From positions 416,001 to 480,000 of the forward strand of contig CBDFJG010000004.1 in NCBI GenBank assembly GCA_965248445.1: DNA of 64,000 bases, written 5' to 3'. The translations under genes were made by a program, and so were the position numbers. This document shows positions 19,957 to 30,326 of this stretch, in pieces. This stretch comes from Planctomycetota bacterium. Lineage in GTDB: Bacteria > Planctomycetota > JAJSAM01 > JAJVHW01. The notes beneath the pieces were generated by a model. It was not told where the DNA came from, searched no databases, and saw only the letters and a list, made by a program, of their open reading frames with translations. Each line of letters starts with the position of its first letter. The first letter of the stretch is position 1.

Positions 19957-21002
19957 CATGGGTATCGGGATAACGACCGTACCCCCTACATCTTGTGGTG
20001 TGGCGTCCGGCCTCGCACGCGCTCTCCGGCGTAGACGTCGCCGTAGCCGTGCGGAGGCGCCTTCGCGGCGATCCCGAGCAGGGTCTGGAACGCGGCCTGC
20101 GGCGTCTTGCGACGGTTGAAGCGGAAGACGAACTCGTCGAGGTAGCGCTGCAGGTGCTTCTTCGATACGCCACCGTGGTGGGTCCCCGACAGCCACGTCT
20201 TCAGGTTGGCGAAGACCATGTGGAGGTGCCCCAGGACGTCGGCCTGCGCATCGCCGATCGATGTTGATTCCACACCGTGTTCATAGCCCGCTTCCTCGAG
20301 CACTGCGTACGTCTCGTGGCCGTCGGTGACCACCAGCGACGACGGCTCGACGACATCCTTCACGAAGCCGATCAGTTTCTCTTTCTTCGCGCGGGCCACG
20401 TGCCGCAGTCGCGCGCGGCCGGGCTGCAGACCGCCCTTCTTCGTCGGGCGCACCTCGACTGCTCCCACGACTACGGCCTTGTCCAAAGGCGTGCGTTCGG
20501 GGCGGCCGCGGTACGGCGCGCCGATCAATGTCTCATCGACCTCCACGACGCCGTGGAGCGGGCGCCTCTCGGGAGCGACCATCGCGGTCCGCAGTTTCTG
20601 CAGCAGCTGATAGGCTGTCTCGTAGCAGCCAAACCCCAACTGGCGCTGGAGCGCGAGTGCTGAGACGCCGCGCTTGTCGGTAGACACCATGTACGCGGCC
20701 CACAACCACGTGCGCAGCGGCAGCCGGCTGTGGTGCATGACCGTCCCGGCGGTGACCGACGTGATCAGATCACACGCCGCGCAGCGCAGTCCCTTGCGGT
20801 CGGGGCGCGGCCACGACTTCGCGCCGCCGCAACGTCGGCAGCGAAACCCATCGGGCCAACGGCAGCGCACGACGTAGTCCAAGCACTGCTGCTCGGTGGC
20901 GAACTGGCGCGTGAATTCCAGGATGCTGCCAGGGTAGCCGGGGCGCGCCACAGGGCACAGACACTACATCTAGTGGCTACGGTCGTCAACCCGATACCCA
21001 TG
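19957..21002 (-). mobile_element. IS1595-family insertion sequence, 1046 bp
   Basis: 25-bp TIRs with 2 mismatches (CATGGGTATCGGGATAACGACCGTA / TACGGTCGTCAACCCGATACCCATG); 8-bp target duplication GCCGAGAG at 19949-19956 and 21003-21010. Confidence 0.93.
19986..20951 (-). CDS. IS1595-family transposase
   Basis: Zn ribbon CRRC/CAAC; VEVDET, TDG and YLDEFVFRFNRR motifs. Confidence 0.93.
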   Translation of the reverse strand: MARPGYPGSILEFTRQFATEQQCLDYVVRCRWPDGFRCRRCGGAKSWPRPDRKGLRCAACDLITSVTAGTVMHHSRLPLRTWLWAAYMVSTDKRGVSALALQRQLGFGCYETAYQLLQKLRTAMVAPERRPLHGVVEVDETLIGAPYRGRPERTPLDKAVVVGAVEVRPTKKGGLQPGRARLRHVARAKKEKLIGFVKDVVEPSSLVVTDGHETYAVLEEAGYEHGVESTSIGDAQADVLGHLHMVFANLKTWLSGTHHGGVSKKHLQRYLDEFVFRFNRRKTPQAAFQTLLGIAAKAPPHGYGDVYAGERVRGRTPHHKM

Positions 21003-21582
21003 GCCGAGAGTCTCACAGCCGACGAACTGACTCCGCCGGAGTCGCGCTCGGTCACCGTTGACGGTCGGTCCCGGGCCGTCGAGGAACGTGCACCGTTCGA
21101 TGCGGGCGTCCGCTCCCTCGATGTGGAGAGGCGGCACGCCGGCGGTGAAGAACGTCGCTTTCGAGATCTTCGCCCGGTCGCCGAAGATCGTGAGCCGCGC
21201 ATACTCGAACCGCCCGCCGCGGATCTTGAGTTTGTCGGCATGCGCGACGATGTGACCGCGGACGTTGGCGCGACGAGCATCGATCGTGACACGCCGGACA
21301 TCCCGGTCGAGCTGTCCGCGCCACGCGATGTCTCCACGCAGGACGATGCGCTGTCCGCTCTTGACCTTGTCGAACGCGTCCTGAAGCGTGTCGAACTTAT
21401 TCTTCCCGATCGAGACGCTGCCGGCAAACGCGGGTGCGGCGAGGGCAAGTACGACGGCAACTGCGATCCCGTGCACGGGCTTGAACATGACCACTCCTCC
21501 GGAACGATGCGCGTTCCTGACTCTCCAACCCCGACCGTTCAGACTAGATCCACACGGGGATCCGACAAGGGTGTGCTCTTCG

Positions 21583-23532
21583 CTATTGCCAGAACGTCTC
21601 GAAACCGTTGCCTTCGAAGACGCCGAACGACCCGAGGTTGTTCACGTCCCAGACGGTGCCGCTAAATGTGGAACGGGTCACCCGCGTGTCGATCGCCCGA
21701 TTCTCAAGGCCGTCGTCACCGCAGTCGACTGCGCGGCAGTTCGTGATCACGTTCTCAGTGCCGCTCATCAGACAGAACCCGTCGCCCGGCACGTCCTTGA
21801 CCGTGTTGTGCGTCAGCGCGTTGTTGGAGCCTTCGACCACGACGCCGTCACCGTTGCCTGCGTAGAGCGAATTGTCCGACACGGTGTTGCTGTCGCCCTG
21901 CACGACCAACCCTTCGTCGCCGAACTCCTGGATATGGTTGTCGACGACGGTGTTGCCGCTTCCGGTGACTTCGAGCGAGGTGGTGCCGGTCTTCGCGCCG
22001 CGCACGGTGTTCCCGGAGATGGTCGTGTTTGTGACGTCGAGATCGACGCCGGAACCGCCCATCGTGTGATCCGCGCGGTTCCCGGAGATCGTACCGTCGG
22101 CACCCTCGACGACGATCGCCGGGCACTCGGAGACCACGATGGGATCGCCCACGGCACCGGGCACCGGAATCTGGAACGTCGTGACGCCCGGTCGGCCGTC
22201 GTAGTCGATGCGCGTCACCGTTCTCGAGTCGACACCGAGCTGGATGTCGAAGCGCCCGACCGATGTGTTGTTGTCGTCCACGGTGAAGTCGTCGCCGGCG
22301 ACACGCACCCCGAGGTAGGCGCGAGCGGTACGGTTGCGGCAGACGATCGCGCCGTCGCCGCCGACATCCACTGCGACGTCGACGTGGTCGAAGCGATTGT
22401 CGTCCGTGAGTGCCGCGTCGCCCCGCACACCGATTCCGAGCGCGGTACCGGCGACGTTGTTCCTCTCGATCTCGGCCCGGTCACCCTCCACCCAGATCGC
22501 CGTACCTGCTGGCGGGAACGCTTCGGCGACCGTGAGGCCGAGATGGGCCGCGGCGAGGACGCCTGTAGCGTTGCGGCGGGTGCCTTGCAGGTTCTGCGCA
22601 TCGACGAAACGGCGGTGCACGGAGTTCTTCTCCACCGAGGCATCGGAGCCGGTGATGTGCAGGAGAGTCACGTCCGCAGCTTCGCCGTCGAGCAGTTCGT
22701 GTGCCGCGAGGGCGACGATCGCGTTGCGATGTACCGTGGCCCGGTCGCCGTCGACCGTGAAGCCGTCACCCATAAGACTGACGCCACGGTTCTTTTCGAT
22801 CAGGCCGTCGTCACCCTGGATACCGCCGGCGCCCACGGTCCACGCGAGTCGGTTGCGCCTGAGTTGCCCGCGATCTCCGTCGATCCGCGGGCCGTAGCCG
22901 CGCGTGAATCGGTTGCGCTCCACGCGGGCGTCGTCGCCCACGACGAGCGGCGAGACGCTTGCATCCTCGATCCGGTTGCCCCGTACGAGTGCGTCGTCGC
23001 CCTCGATCTGGAACGCCCGGATCGGCATCCTGGTCTCGCACACGATCCGGTTCTTCAGGAGGCGCGCGCCGTCGCCCGTGAGCTCCACGGCCGCGGTGTG
23101 CGGCGCCGCTACGACCACGCGACACCCGCGCACGAGCGCGTTGTCCCCTTCGATCGAGACAGCGCCCACGTGACTGATGCCGAACGTGGTGCCGGATATC
23201 TGCGCGTCGTCTCCGAAGACCACGACGCGCGCGTGCTGGAAGATGCCCCCACGTATGCGGTGTCCATCACCGACGAGCACGAGGTTACCGCCCACCACGG
23301 CGCCCCTGGCGTCGATCGTGATGTCGTCGACGTCCCGCGTGAGCACGGCCCAGCGGTCGGTGATCCCGCGAACGACGATGCGCTGACCGTTCTGAACCTC
23401 GTCGAACGCGTGCTGCATCGAATCGAACTTCTTCTTGCCGATCGTGATGGAGCCGGCGAATGCGGGTGCGGCGAGGGCAAGTACGACGGTAACTACGACG
23501 GAGACTGCGATCCCGTGTACGAGCTTGAACAT
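21583..23532 (-). CDS. Secreted right-handed parallel beta-helix repeat protein (intact paralog)
   Basis: Signal peptide ALAAPAFA; many (I/V)xGDxAx(V/I)xxN repeats; RBS GCAGGAG. Confidence 0.85.
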   Translation of the reverse strand: MFKLVHGIAVSVVVTVVLALAAPAFAGSITIGKKKFDSMQHAFDEVQNGQRIVVRGITDRWAVLTRDVDDITIDARGAVVGGNLVLVGDGHRIRGGIFQHARVVVFGDDAQISGTTFGISHVGAVSIEGDNALVRGCRVVVAAPHTAAVELTGDGARLLKNRIVCETRMPIRAFQIEGDDALVRGNRIEDASVSPLVVGDDARVERNRFTRGYGPRIDGDRGQLRRNRLAWTVGAGGIQGDDGLIEKNRGVSLMGDGFTVDGDRATVHRNAIVALAAHELLDGEAADVTLLHITGSDASVEKNSVHRRFVDAQNLQGTRRNATGVLAAAHLGLTVAEAFPPAGTAIWVEGDRAEIERNNVAGTALGIGVRGDAALTDDNRFDHVDVAVDVGGDGAIVCRNRTARAYLGVRVAGDDFTVDDNNTSVGRFDIQLGVDSRTVTRIDYDGRPGVTTFQIPVPGAVGDPIVVSECPAIVVEGADGTISGNRADHTMGGSGVDLDVTNTTISGNTVRGAKTGTTSLEVTGSGNTVVDNHIQEFGDEGLVVQGDSNTVSDNSLYAGNGDGVVVEGSNNALTHNTVKDVPGDGFCLMSGTENVITNCRAVDCGDDGLENRAIDTRVTRSTFSGTVWDVNNLGSFGVFEGNGFETFWQ

Positions 23533-23657
23533 GGCCACTCCTGCGGAACGATGCGCGTTCCTGACTTCCCTACCCCAACTAAACGGTAGTGAGAACCGGG
23601 GATCCCGCAAGTGACGAACTCCGTGCGCTGCGAACGCGGAGAGACCAAAATCACGGT

Positions 23658-25166
23658 GTGCGATTTGCGATCACACTTCTGTTGGTGAGCGGATTTGCTT
23701 CGAGCGCATTCGCACAGGACGCGATTCCTGCGAACGGCGGTTTCGAAGTAACCGGTGAGAACGGACTCCCGGCAGGCTGGGTGGCGTTCCAATCAGCGTC
23801 CACGCGCCGGGATGGCCCGAAGTCGATGGTCGGCGTCGTGCAGTCGCCAGGGGGTGACGGCAAGTGCCTGCACTTCGTCGCGAAGCCGGGCGACACTCGC
23901 TGGATGTCGCTGCGCCAGCCGATCGACGTGCGCGCGGGAGAGTTCATCCGGATGAGGATCCGTGCGCGCAGCCGCGGTATCGACTTGTCCGGCGCGCGGT
24001 TCATCAACGCGGTCGGCGCGCTGTTCTTCGAGACTCCGTCGGGCGAGACGAAGGGCTTCGCCGCCACACCGACACTCTCGGGTGACCGCGACTGGGTCGA
24101 ACTGCACGCTTACGGAGTCGTGCCGGAGGGCGCCACTCGCGCACACGTCCAGGTCGTGCTGACGATGCCCGGCCAGTTGTGGGTGGACGACGTACGGATC
24201 GACTCGACGCCGCTGGATCCCTGGACACCCGACGCGCGCAACGCCGTCGTGGATGCGCTGTCACGCCATCTGCAGCGCTCGTACCCCTTCCGCGGGATCG
24301 AGGTCCGCGCTCCGCTGGACGCGTTCACGACCGACCGCGCCGCAATGCTGGCGGCGGGGACGAAGGCCGCGTTCGCGGAGGCGCTGGTTGCATGGCTCGC
24401 TCGTCTGAACGACCCGCACGTCTACGTCCGCACATCGAAGGGCGTCATCGGGCCGATGTCGAAGTTGCCGCCGCCCGCCTGGAACGTGCGCACGGTGTTC
24501 ACGATGCTGAGCGGCTGGGCGCGCGTCGCGCAGGGGCGTAACGTCGTGGCGTTGCGCAAGGGAGACCGTGCGTATCTTGCGGCCGCCAGTTTCCAGCTGA
24601 ACGAAGCCGATCAAGAGGTCCTCGCCGGGGCCCTGCGGGACCTGCGCGACGTCGCGCACCTGATCGTGGACATCCGCCCGAACTCCGGTGGCAACGAGGT
24701 CCTGGCCCGCACCGTCTTGGCGCCCTACGCCGAGAAGGCCAGTCCCTACGCGCACCAGCGGAGCAAGGACTGGTCTAGCCTCGATCCGGAGGCGCTCCTC
24801 GAGAAGGGCACCCGCGTGCTGGAGCCGCTGCCGGAAGCCGAACGAAGTGCCGGCCGGGTGATCGTGCTGCAGGGGCCGCACTGCATGAGCTCGAGCGACG
24901 CGTTCCTGTTGATGGCCAAGGCGCTGCCGCGTGTCACGACGATGGGGCGCACGTCCTTCGGGGCGAGCGCCAACCCCCAGCCGTTCCAGTTGCTGCCGGA
25001 CCTGACGGTCTGGTCGTCCAGCTGGCGTGCGTACGATCTCGACGGCGAGTGCATCGAGGGTCGTGGCATCGCGCCGGACGTCGTGGTCGAGCCCGGACCA
25101 AGTGAAGAGTGGGCGAAGCGCGATCGCGTGCTGGAGGCGGCGCTGAAGGCGCTCGACGCCGAGTGA
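23658..25166 (+). CDS. Secreted S41-family peptidase with N-terminal galactose-binding/CBM-like domain
   Basis: Signal peptide; NGGFE...LWVDDV beta-sandwich; LNDPH, DIRPNSGG, MSSSD and EGRGIAPDV motifs. Confidence 0.8.
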   Translation: MRFAITLLLVSGFASSAFAQDAIPANGGFEVTGENGLPAGWVAFQSASTRRDGPKSMVGVVQSPGGDGKCLHFVAKPGDTRWMSLRQPIDVRAGEFIRMRIRARSRGIDLSGARFINAVGALFFETPSGETKGFAATPTLSGDRDWVELHAYGVVPEGATRAHVQVVLTMPGQLWVDDVRIDSTPLDPWTPDARNAVVDALSRHLQRSYPFRGIEVRAPLDAFTTDRAAMLAAGTKAAFAEALVAWLARLNDPHVYVRTSKGVIGPMSKLPPPAWNVRTVFTMLSGWARVAQGRNVVALRKGDRAYLAAASFQLNEADQEVLAGALRDLRDVAHLIVDIRPNSGGNEVLARTVLAPYAEKASPYAHQRSKDWSSLDPEALLEKGTRVLEPLPEAERSAGRVIVLQGPHCMSSSDAFLLMAKALPRVTTMGRTSFGASANPQPFQLLPDLTVWSSSWRAYDLDGECIEGRGIAPDVVVEPGPSEEWAKRDRVLEAALKALDAE

Positions 25167-25169
25167 CGC

Positions 25170-25191
25170 GGGCGGGGGTGGAACCCCGCCC
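25170..25191. terminator. GC hairpin between convergent genes
   Basis: GGGCGGGG-GTGGAA-CCCCGCCC. Confidence 0.4.
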
Positions 25192-26279
25192 TACGACGCG
25201 GCTTCGCCGCGCAGCATCTCGCTCGCGTCCGCGAGTTCGCGGCGCTCGGTCGGAGTCAGGTTTTCGAGACCGCCGACCTCGTTGATGCGGTCGAGCAACT
25301 GATCGACGCGCTCGCTCAGCCGGTGCAGCCGCTCTTCGGCAGTTTCGACGAGAGTGTCTTCGTCGTCGCTGTCCTCGTCGTACACGTGCTGCTCCGCGAG
25401 GACCTCCTGTTCGCGCCGCTTCGACGGTGGCGGTGTCTCTGTGAGTGCCGCCTCGTCGAACACGTCGGGCGCGCGCCGCAGCGGACTGCCCCACGGCTGC
25501 GGCTCGGGCCGCGGGTGCCCCAGGAACTGCGCCGAGAACAGGAGGCGCTGCGCAGCGATCAGGTTGGTGATCCCGACCGCGACGAGGACGAGCGCCCAGC
25601 CGATGAACTCCGGCTCCTGGTAGAGCAGCAGAGTGAGTCCGATCAACCCGAGCACGACGGCGCCCGCGTAGCCGAGGTAGGCGGTCCAGAGTTCCGCCGG
25701 CCGGCGTCCGAGCATCGTCGTCAGGAAGCCACGCAGCGCGCGTCCTCCGTCGAGCGGATAGAACGGCAAGAGGTTGAGCACCGCGAGCGCGAGGTTCGCG
25801 ATGAAGAACGTGCGCGCCATCAGTTCGGGGGCAGATCGTTCGGCGCCGCCACCGAGCCAGTACACCGCGAGCCCTGCCGGCAAGAGCCAGAGTCCGTGCA
25901 CGAGCGCGCCGGCCAGGTTGACCAGCACCTCGGAGCCAGGCGTCGGCGTGGGCGGGTCGTCGTGCGAAATGGGACCCAGCGGCGTGAGCACGACGGCGCC
26001 AACCGCCGTTCCCGCACGTCGTGCAGCCCACGCGTGCGCGAGTTCGTGCGAGGCGATGACCAGGATCGTGGCCACCGTCCACACCACGGCCCACCCGAGT
26101 GCGCCGCCCGCGGTCAGTCCGTGGTCGGTGACGAGCGTTGCAATCGCCGCGAGGATCGCGAACGGCACGCTGACGATCGTCCAATGGGCGAACACGTCGA
26201 CGCCGAACAGGCGCGCCACCGGCACGGCAGCGCCGATCGCGCGTCGTCCGAGGGGGTGTTCGCTCTGATGTGGTGCCAA
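25191..26279 (-). CDS. M50 (site-2) intramembrane zinc metalloprotease
   Basis: HELAH and NLLPFYPLDGG motifs; TTG start with AGGAG RBS; C-terminal VDQLLDRI...LTPTER domain. Confidence 0.88.
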   Translation of the reverse strand: MAPHQSEHPLGRRAIGAAVPVARLFGVDVFAHWTIVSVPFAILAAIATLVTDHGLTAGGALGWAVVWTVATILVIASHELAHAWAARRAGTAVGAVVLTPLGPISHDDPPTPTPGSEVLVNLAGALVHGLWLLPAGLAVYWLGGGAERSAPELMARTFFIANLALAVLNLLPFYPLDGGRALRGFLTTMLGRRPAELWTAYLGYAGAVVLGLIGLTLLLYQEPEFIGWALVLVAVGITNLIAAQRLLFSAQFLGHPRPEPQPWGSPLRRAPDVFDEAALTETPPPSKRREQEVLAEQHVYDEDSDDEDTLVETAEERLHRLSERVDQLLDRINEVGGLENLTPTERRELADASEMLRGEAAS

Positions 26280-26350
26280 GGCTGCTCCTGTCGCTCCCGC
26301 AGGACAGCCTACCACCCTCGAGGTCGCCTGGAGAGAGCGTCGAGCCGGGA

Positions 26351-26746
26351 CTACTCGGAGAACCGCAGCGCGACCAACAGGCATGGCCCGCCGTGGATCA
26401 CCGAGAGGCCGAGTTCCTCGGCGCGCGCGACCGCGGCAGGGCTCTGCGCACCCGGTTGCATCCACACGTGCCGTACGCCGCCGGCTGCCGCGGCTTCCAC
26501 GATTTGCTCGGTCACGCGGGGCGGTGTCACGATGGTGAGCGCCTCGGGAGTGTCGGGAATCGCCTCGACGCTCGCGTACGCCGTCACGCCCTCGATCTCG
26601 GACTCGCGGGGATGCACCGCGACCACGTCGCGGCCGCCCTGCAGGTAGGCGCGCAGGCACTTGTTGCCGAACTTGCTGCGGTTCTTCGAGGCGCCCGCCA
26701 CGGCGAACCGGGAGCAGGCCAGGAAGGCGTCGATGCGGTCCCGCAT
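26351..26746 (-). CDS. CoA-binding protein (YccU-like)
   Basis: AVAGAS...K.G, VHP, WMQPGA and C motifs. Confidence 0.88.
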   Translation of the reverse strand: MRDRIDAFLACSRFAVAGASKNRSKFGNKCLRAYLQGGRDVVAVHPRESEIEGVTAYASVEAIPDTPEALTIVTPPRVTEQIVEAAAAGGVRHVWMQPGAQSPAAVARAEELGLSVIHGGPCLLVALRFSE

Positions 26747-26838
26747 GCGCACAGGAGTAACCGATCCGTCAAGTGGGGGCGACTCCCGCCTCGGAAAGGT
26801 TGGTCGCCGACGCGCCCGCGTCCGAACCTCGCCGAACC

Positions 26839-28578
26839 GTGCAGACGTTCGCCGACTCCGTCCGTGACCTGGTGCGCCGCGCTCTCGAGCTGCCGGCGGA
26901 CGCGGAGGTCGTGGTCTCACCGCCTCGTCGTACCGAAATGGGGGACCTGGCTGCGCCGATGTTCCCGTACGCGAAGACCCTGCGGTCCAAGCCGGCGGAG
27001 CTCGCGCAGCGAGTCGTCGATGCGTTCGCGCCCGGGGATGGGCTCGCTTCCGTGGAGGCCGCCGGACCGTTCGTGAACGTCCGGCTGGACCGCGGCGCGT
27101 TCTTCGATCAAGTGCTCGCCGAGGTGGCTGCGCGTGGCGCCGAGTACGGACACGCGGGGGAGCCGGACCTGCGTGACGATGGCGAGCAGTCCACCTACGT
27201 CATCGACTTCTCCTCGCCGAACATCAGCAAGCACCTCGCGTACCACCATCTCCGCTCGACCATGATCGGGAACGCGCTCTGCCGCATCCACCGCGCGCTC
27301 GGCCGCCGCGTCGTCGGACTGAACTTCGTCGGCGACTGGGGCACGACGCACGGCATGCTGATCGCCGCGTGGAAGAAGTGGGGTGAGTCCGAGGGCATCG
27401 ACCTCTCGCACGACGGTGTGACCGCGCTGAACGAGCTGTACGTCAGGTTCCGTGCAGCGATGGAAGACGACCCGTCGCTCGACGCGGACGCCCGCGAGTG
27501 GTTCGGGAAGCTCGAGCGGGGCGACGCGGAGGCGCGCGCGCTGTGGTCCCGCTTCCGCGAGATCTCGCTGGCCGAATTCGAGGACGTGTACGCACGTCTC
27601 GGCGTGCAGTTCGACGCGGTGTATGGCGAGTCATTCTACGAAGACCGCATGGAGCCCGTCATCCAGGAGCTCGACGACAAGGGTCTGACGTCGATGAGTG
27701 ACGGTGCGCTTGTCGTCGACCTGGAAGACGAGAAGATGCCGCCGTGCCTCCTTCGCAAGAAGGACGGCGCCACTCTCTACGCCACGCGCGACATCGCGTC
27801 CGTCGTGCACCGCTTCGACAAGTGGGGCATGGACCACGCGCTGTACGTGGTCGACAAGGGGCAGTCACTGCACTTCAAGCAGTGGTTCGCCGTGGCGCGG
27901 AAGGCCGGCTACCCGTTCGCGGGAGCCCTCGAGCACGTGTCGTTCGGGCAAATCCGGTTCGGTGGAGGGAAGACGTCCTCGCGCAAGGGCAACGTTGTCC
28001 TGTTGCACGAGGTGCTCGACCGCGCGGCCGAGGAGATCGAGGCGGTGATCGCGGAGAAGAACTCCGACATGCCCGCAGAACAGCGGCAGGACGTCGCGCG
28101 ACAGGTCGGTTACGGCGCGATCGTGTTCGCCGACCTCTCTCGCGAGCGGCAGCGGGACGTCGATTTCGACTGGGACCGGTTGCTCTCGTTCGAAGGCGAC
28201 ACCGGGCCGTACTGCCAGTACCAGCACGCGCGCATCGCGAGCATCGTGCGCAAGGCGGGCGTCGATCTCGCGGGAGCCAGTCCGGAGCACCTCGGCACCG
28301 AAGAGGAGTGGCAGGTAGCGCTGCACCTCGCGCGCCTCCCGGAGGTCGTCGGAAAGGCCGGCGACAAGAACGAGCCGCACTGGATCGCCAGCTGGGCGCT
28401 CGATCTCTGCCGTGCGTTCAGCAGCTGGTACGCGGCGGGAAGCCGGGATGCGTCGCTGAAGGTCAACTGCGCGGACGAGGACGTTGCGCGCGCGCGACTG
28501 GCGCTGGCGCGCTCGGTGCAGCAGGCCCTCGCCAACGCGCTCGACCTGCTCGGGCTCGCAGCGCCACAGGAGATGTGA
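26839..28578 (+). CDS. argS: Arginine--tRNA ligase
   Basis: GPFVN, DFSSPN, HLRST, GDWGT, DGATLYATRD, FEGDTGPYCQYQHAR and ARLAL motifs. Start is approximate. Confidence 0.96.
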   Translation: MQTFADSVRDLVRRALELPADAEVVVSPPRRTEMGDLAAPMFPYAKTLRSKPAELAQRVVDAFAPGDGLASVEAAGPFVNVRLDRGAFFDQVLAEVAARGAEYGHAGEPDLRDDGEQSTYVIDFSSPNISKHLAYHHLRSTMIGNALCRIHRALGRRVVGLNFVGDWGTTHGMLIAAWKKWGESEGIDLSHDGVTALNELYVRFRAAMEDDPSLDADAREWFGKLERGDAEARALWSRFREISLAEFEDVYARLGVQFDAVYGESFYEDRMEPVIQELDDKGLTSMSDGALVVDLEDEKMPPCLLRKKDGATLYATRDIASVVHRFDKWGMDHALYVVDKGQSLHFKQWFAVARKAGYPFAGALEHVSFGQIRFGGGKTSSRKGNVVLLHEVLDRAAEEIEAVIAEKNSDMPAEQRQDVARQVGYGAIVFADLSRERQRDVDFDWDRLLSFEGDTGPYCQYQHARIASIVRKAGVDLAGASPEHLGTEEEWQVALHLARLPEVVGKAGDKNEPHWIASWALDLCRAFSSWYAAGSRDASLKVNCADEDVARARLALARSVQQALANALDLLGLAAPQEM

Positions 28579-28582
28579 GCCG

Positions 28583-29119
28583 GTGAGCGATGCGTTCGAG
28601 ATCCTCGGCGAGAACCAGGTCCTCGATCACCCCTACCTGAAGCTATCCGTCATCACTGCCCGCGATCCGCGGGGGAACGAGTTCGACGCGCTGCTCGGCA
28701 CGGGACCGGATCTGGTCTACATCGTGCCCCTCTGGCCGGACGACACCGTCACTCTGATCCGTACGCATCGGATTGGTTTCGAGAAGACGTGCATCGAGGT
28801 GCCCGGAGGTCACGTGAACAGTGAAGAAGCGCTGCGCAACGCTGCGCTCCGCGAGCTGCGCGAAGAGACCGGGCTCGAGGCCGCAGAGGTGACGCCGCTG
28901 TTCACCTGCATGCTCTCGGGCAAGATCCAGCAACACGTGCACCTGTTCGTCGCAGAGAACCTGACACCGGGCGAGCAGCAGCTCGACACCGGAGAGGAGC
29001 TCGTACCTCTCCGCATGCCGTTCGTCGAGGCGCTCCGCCTGGCGACGAGCGGAGAGATCCAGCAGGGCATGTCGGTGCTCGCGCTGCTCGCTGCAGCGCG
29101 CCACATCGAGGGCTCGTGA
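28583..29119 (+). CDS. NUDIX hydrolase (ADP-ribose pyrophosphatase-like)
   Basis: EVPGG...AALRELREETG. Confidence 0.88.
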   Translation: MSDAFEILGENQVLDHPYLKLSVITARDPRGNEFDALLGTGPDLVYIVPLWPDDTVTLIRTHRIGFEKTCIEVPGGHVNSEEALRNAALRELREETGLEAAEVTPLFTCMLSGKIQQHVHLFVAENLTPGEQQLDTGEELVPLRMPFVEALRLATSGEIQQGMSVLALLAAARHIEGS

Positions 29120-29168
29120 TCGCGAGGATCCACCCCGGCCCGCGCACGTGGTCGCGGCTACCCGGCAG

Positions 29169-30230
29169 TCAGTCGCGCGGGTCGATGCGCGTGTTCTGGC
29201 GGGGGTCGCCGCCTTCTTCGAGCGCGGCGATGCGGCGCCGCAGCGCCTTCAGCTCTTCGCGCAGCTCGGGAAGGTGCTTGCCCGCCGCGTGCATGCGCTT
29301 CCAGAGCGACATCGGCACGTTCGGAGCGCCCGCGGTGACCTCGCCCTTCGGGACGTCGCGGAGCACGGCGGACTGCGCGGCCGCCGAGGATCCCTGGCCC
29401 ATGCGTAGGTGTCCGCCCACGCCGGCCTGTCCGGCCAGCACGACGTAATCCTCGAGCACGCTGCTGCCGGCGATGCCCGACTGCCCGCACAGCAGGACGC
29501 TGCGCCCGAGTTGGGTGTTGTGGCCGACCATCACGAGGTTGTCGATCTTGGTGTTGTCGCCGACGCGGGTCGGCGCGAGGGCTCCGGCGTCGACACAGGA
29601 CCCGGCGCCGATCTCGACGTCGTCTCCGATCTCGACACCCCCGATCTGCGGGATCTTGACGTGCTTGCCGTCCACGAGCGTGAACCCGAAGCCGTCGGCG
29701 CCGATCACGACGCCCGAGTGCAGGATGCAGTCTGCGCCGATCGTGACGCGCGAGTAGACGACGACCCGCGGGTGCAGTCGCGTGCGGTCTCCGAGCCTGC
29801 TGCCCGCGGCCACGACCGATCCGGCGCCGACGATGACGTCATCGCCGAGCGTCGCACCGGCTCCGACCACGGCGAACTGTCCGACGGAGACGCGCTCACC
29901 GAGCACTGCATCGGGGCTGACGTCCGCATGGGCGGAGATTCCCGGCTCGATCGCGGGTTCCGGTTCGAACAGAGCGATCGCCACCGCCATGGCCGCGCGG
30001 GGGTTCGCGTGGTGGATCACGTCGCGACCGTCCGCGTCGGCGCCCTCCGGGAGGATGGCAGCGCCGGCCGAGGACTCCTCGAACTTCGAGATCAGCCGCG
30101 GCACGGCGACGAACGTCAGGTCGCTCTCGCCGGCGGCCTCGAGCGACGCCACCCCGGCGAGCACACGTGAGCCGTCTCCGGCGAGACGACCCCCGACGCG
30201 CGCGGCGATCTCAGCGAGCGTGAACGGCAT
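29169..30230 (-). CDS. lpxD: UDP-3-O-acylglucosamine N-acyltransferase LpxD
   Basis: Hexapeptide repeats; IGADGFGF, KIPQIG and TKIDNLVMVGHN motifs. Confidence 0.95.
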   Translation of the reverse strand: MPFTLAEIAARVGGRLAGDGSRVLAGVASLEAAGESDLTFVAVPRLISKFEESSAGAAILPEGADADGRDVIHHANPRAAMAVAIALFEPEPAIEPGISAHADVSPDAVLGERVSVGQFAVVGAGATLGDDVIVGAGSVVAAGSRLGDRTRLHPRVVVYSRVTIGADCILHSGVVIGADGFGFTLVDGKHVKIPQIGGVEIGDDVEIGAGSCVDAGALAPTRVGDNTKIDNLVMVGHNTQLGRSVLLCGQSGIAGSSVLEDYVVLAGQAGVGGHLRMGQGSSAAAQSAVLRDVPKGEVTAGAPNVPMSLWKRMHAAGKHLPELREELKALRRRIAALEEGGDPRQNTRIDPRD

Positions 30231-30326
30231 GCGCGGAGTGTGCCATCCCCTCTCGCGCGGCGGGACGAGGTATCCGGGCGTGTGTTCCGGTCCGGGCTCG
30301 CGCCCTGCGAGTAGTCTCTTCGGCCG

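Larger units (their letters stand above)
18788..21488 (-). pseudogene. Secreted right-handed parallel beta-helix protein, interrupted by IS1595 and 3'-truncated by IS66
   Basis: ATG 21488 with GGAGGAG RBS. Removing 19957-21002 plus one target duplication restores the frame (GCETLG|SITGDD). It ends at TRPTFS where the paralog continues. Confidence 0.85.

Noticed and set aside
18500..20173. 557-aa ORF in the track as a real gene
   Set aside because: Chimera: it starts inside IS1595, crosses the beta-helix fragment and ends inside IS66.
21388..23589. Long antisense ORFs (e.g. 21388-23589 +, 59014-61107 -, 13207-14859 +)
   Set aside because: Mirror frames of well-supported opposite-strand genes, with no recognisable motifs.
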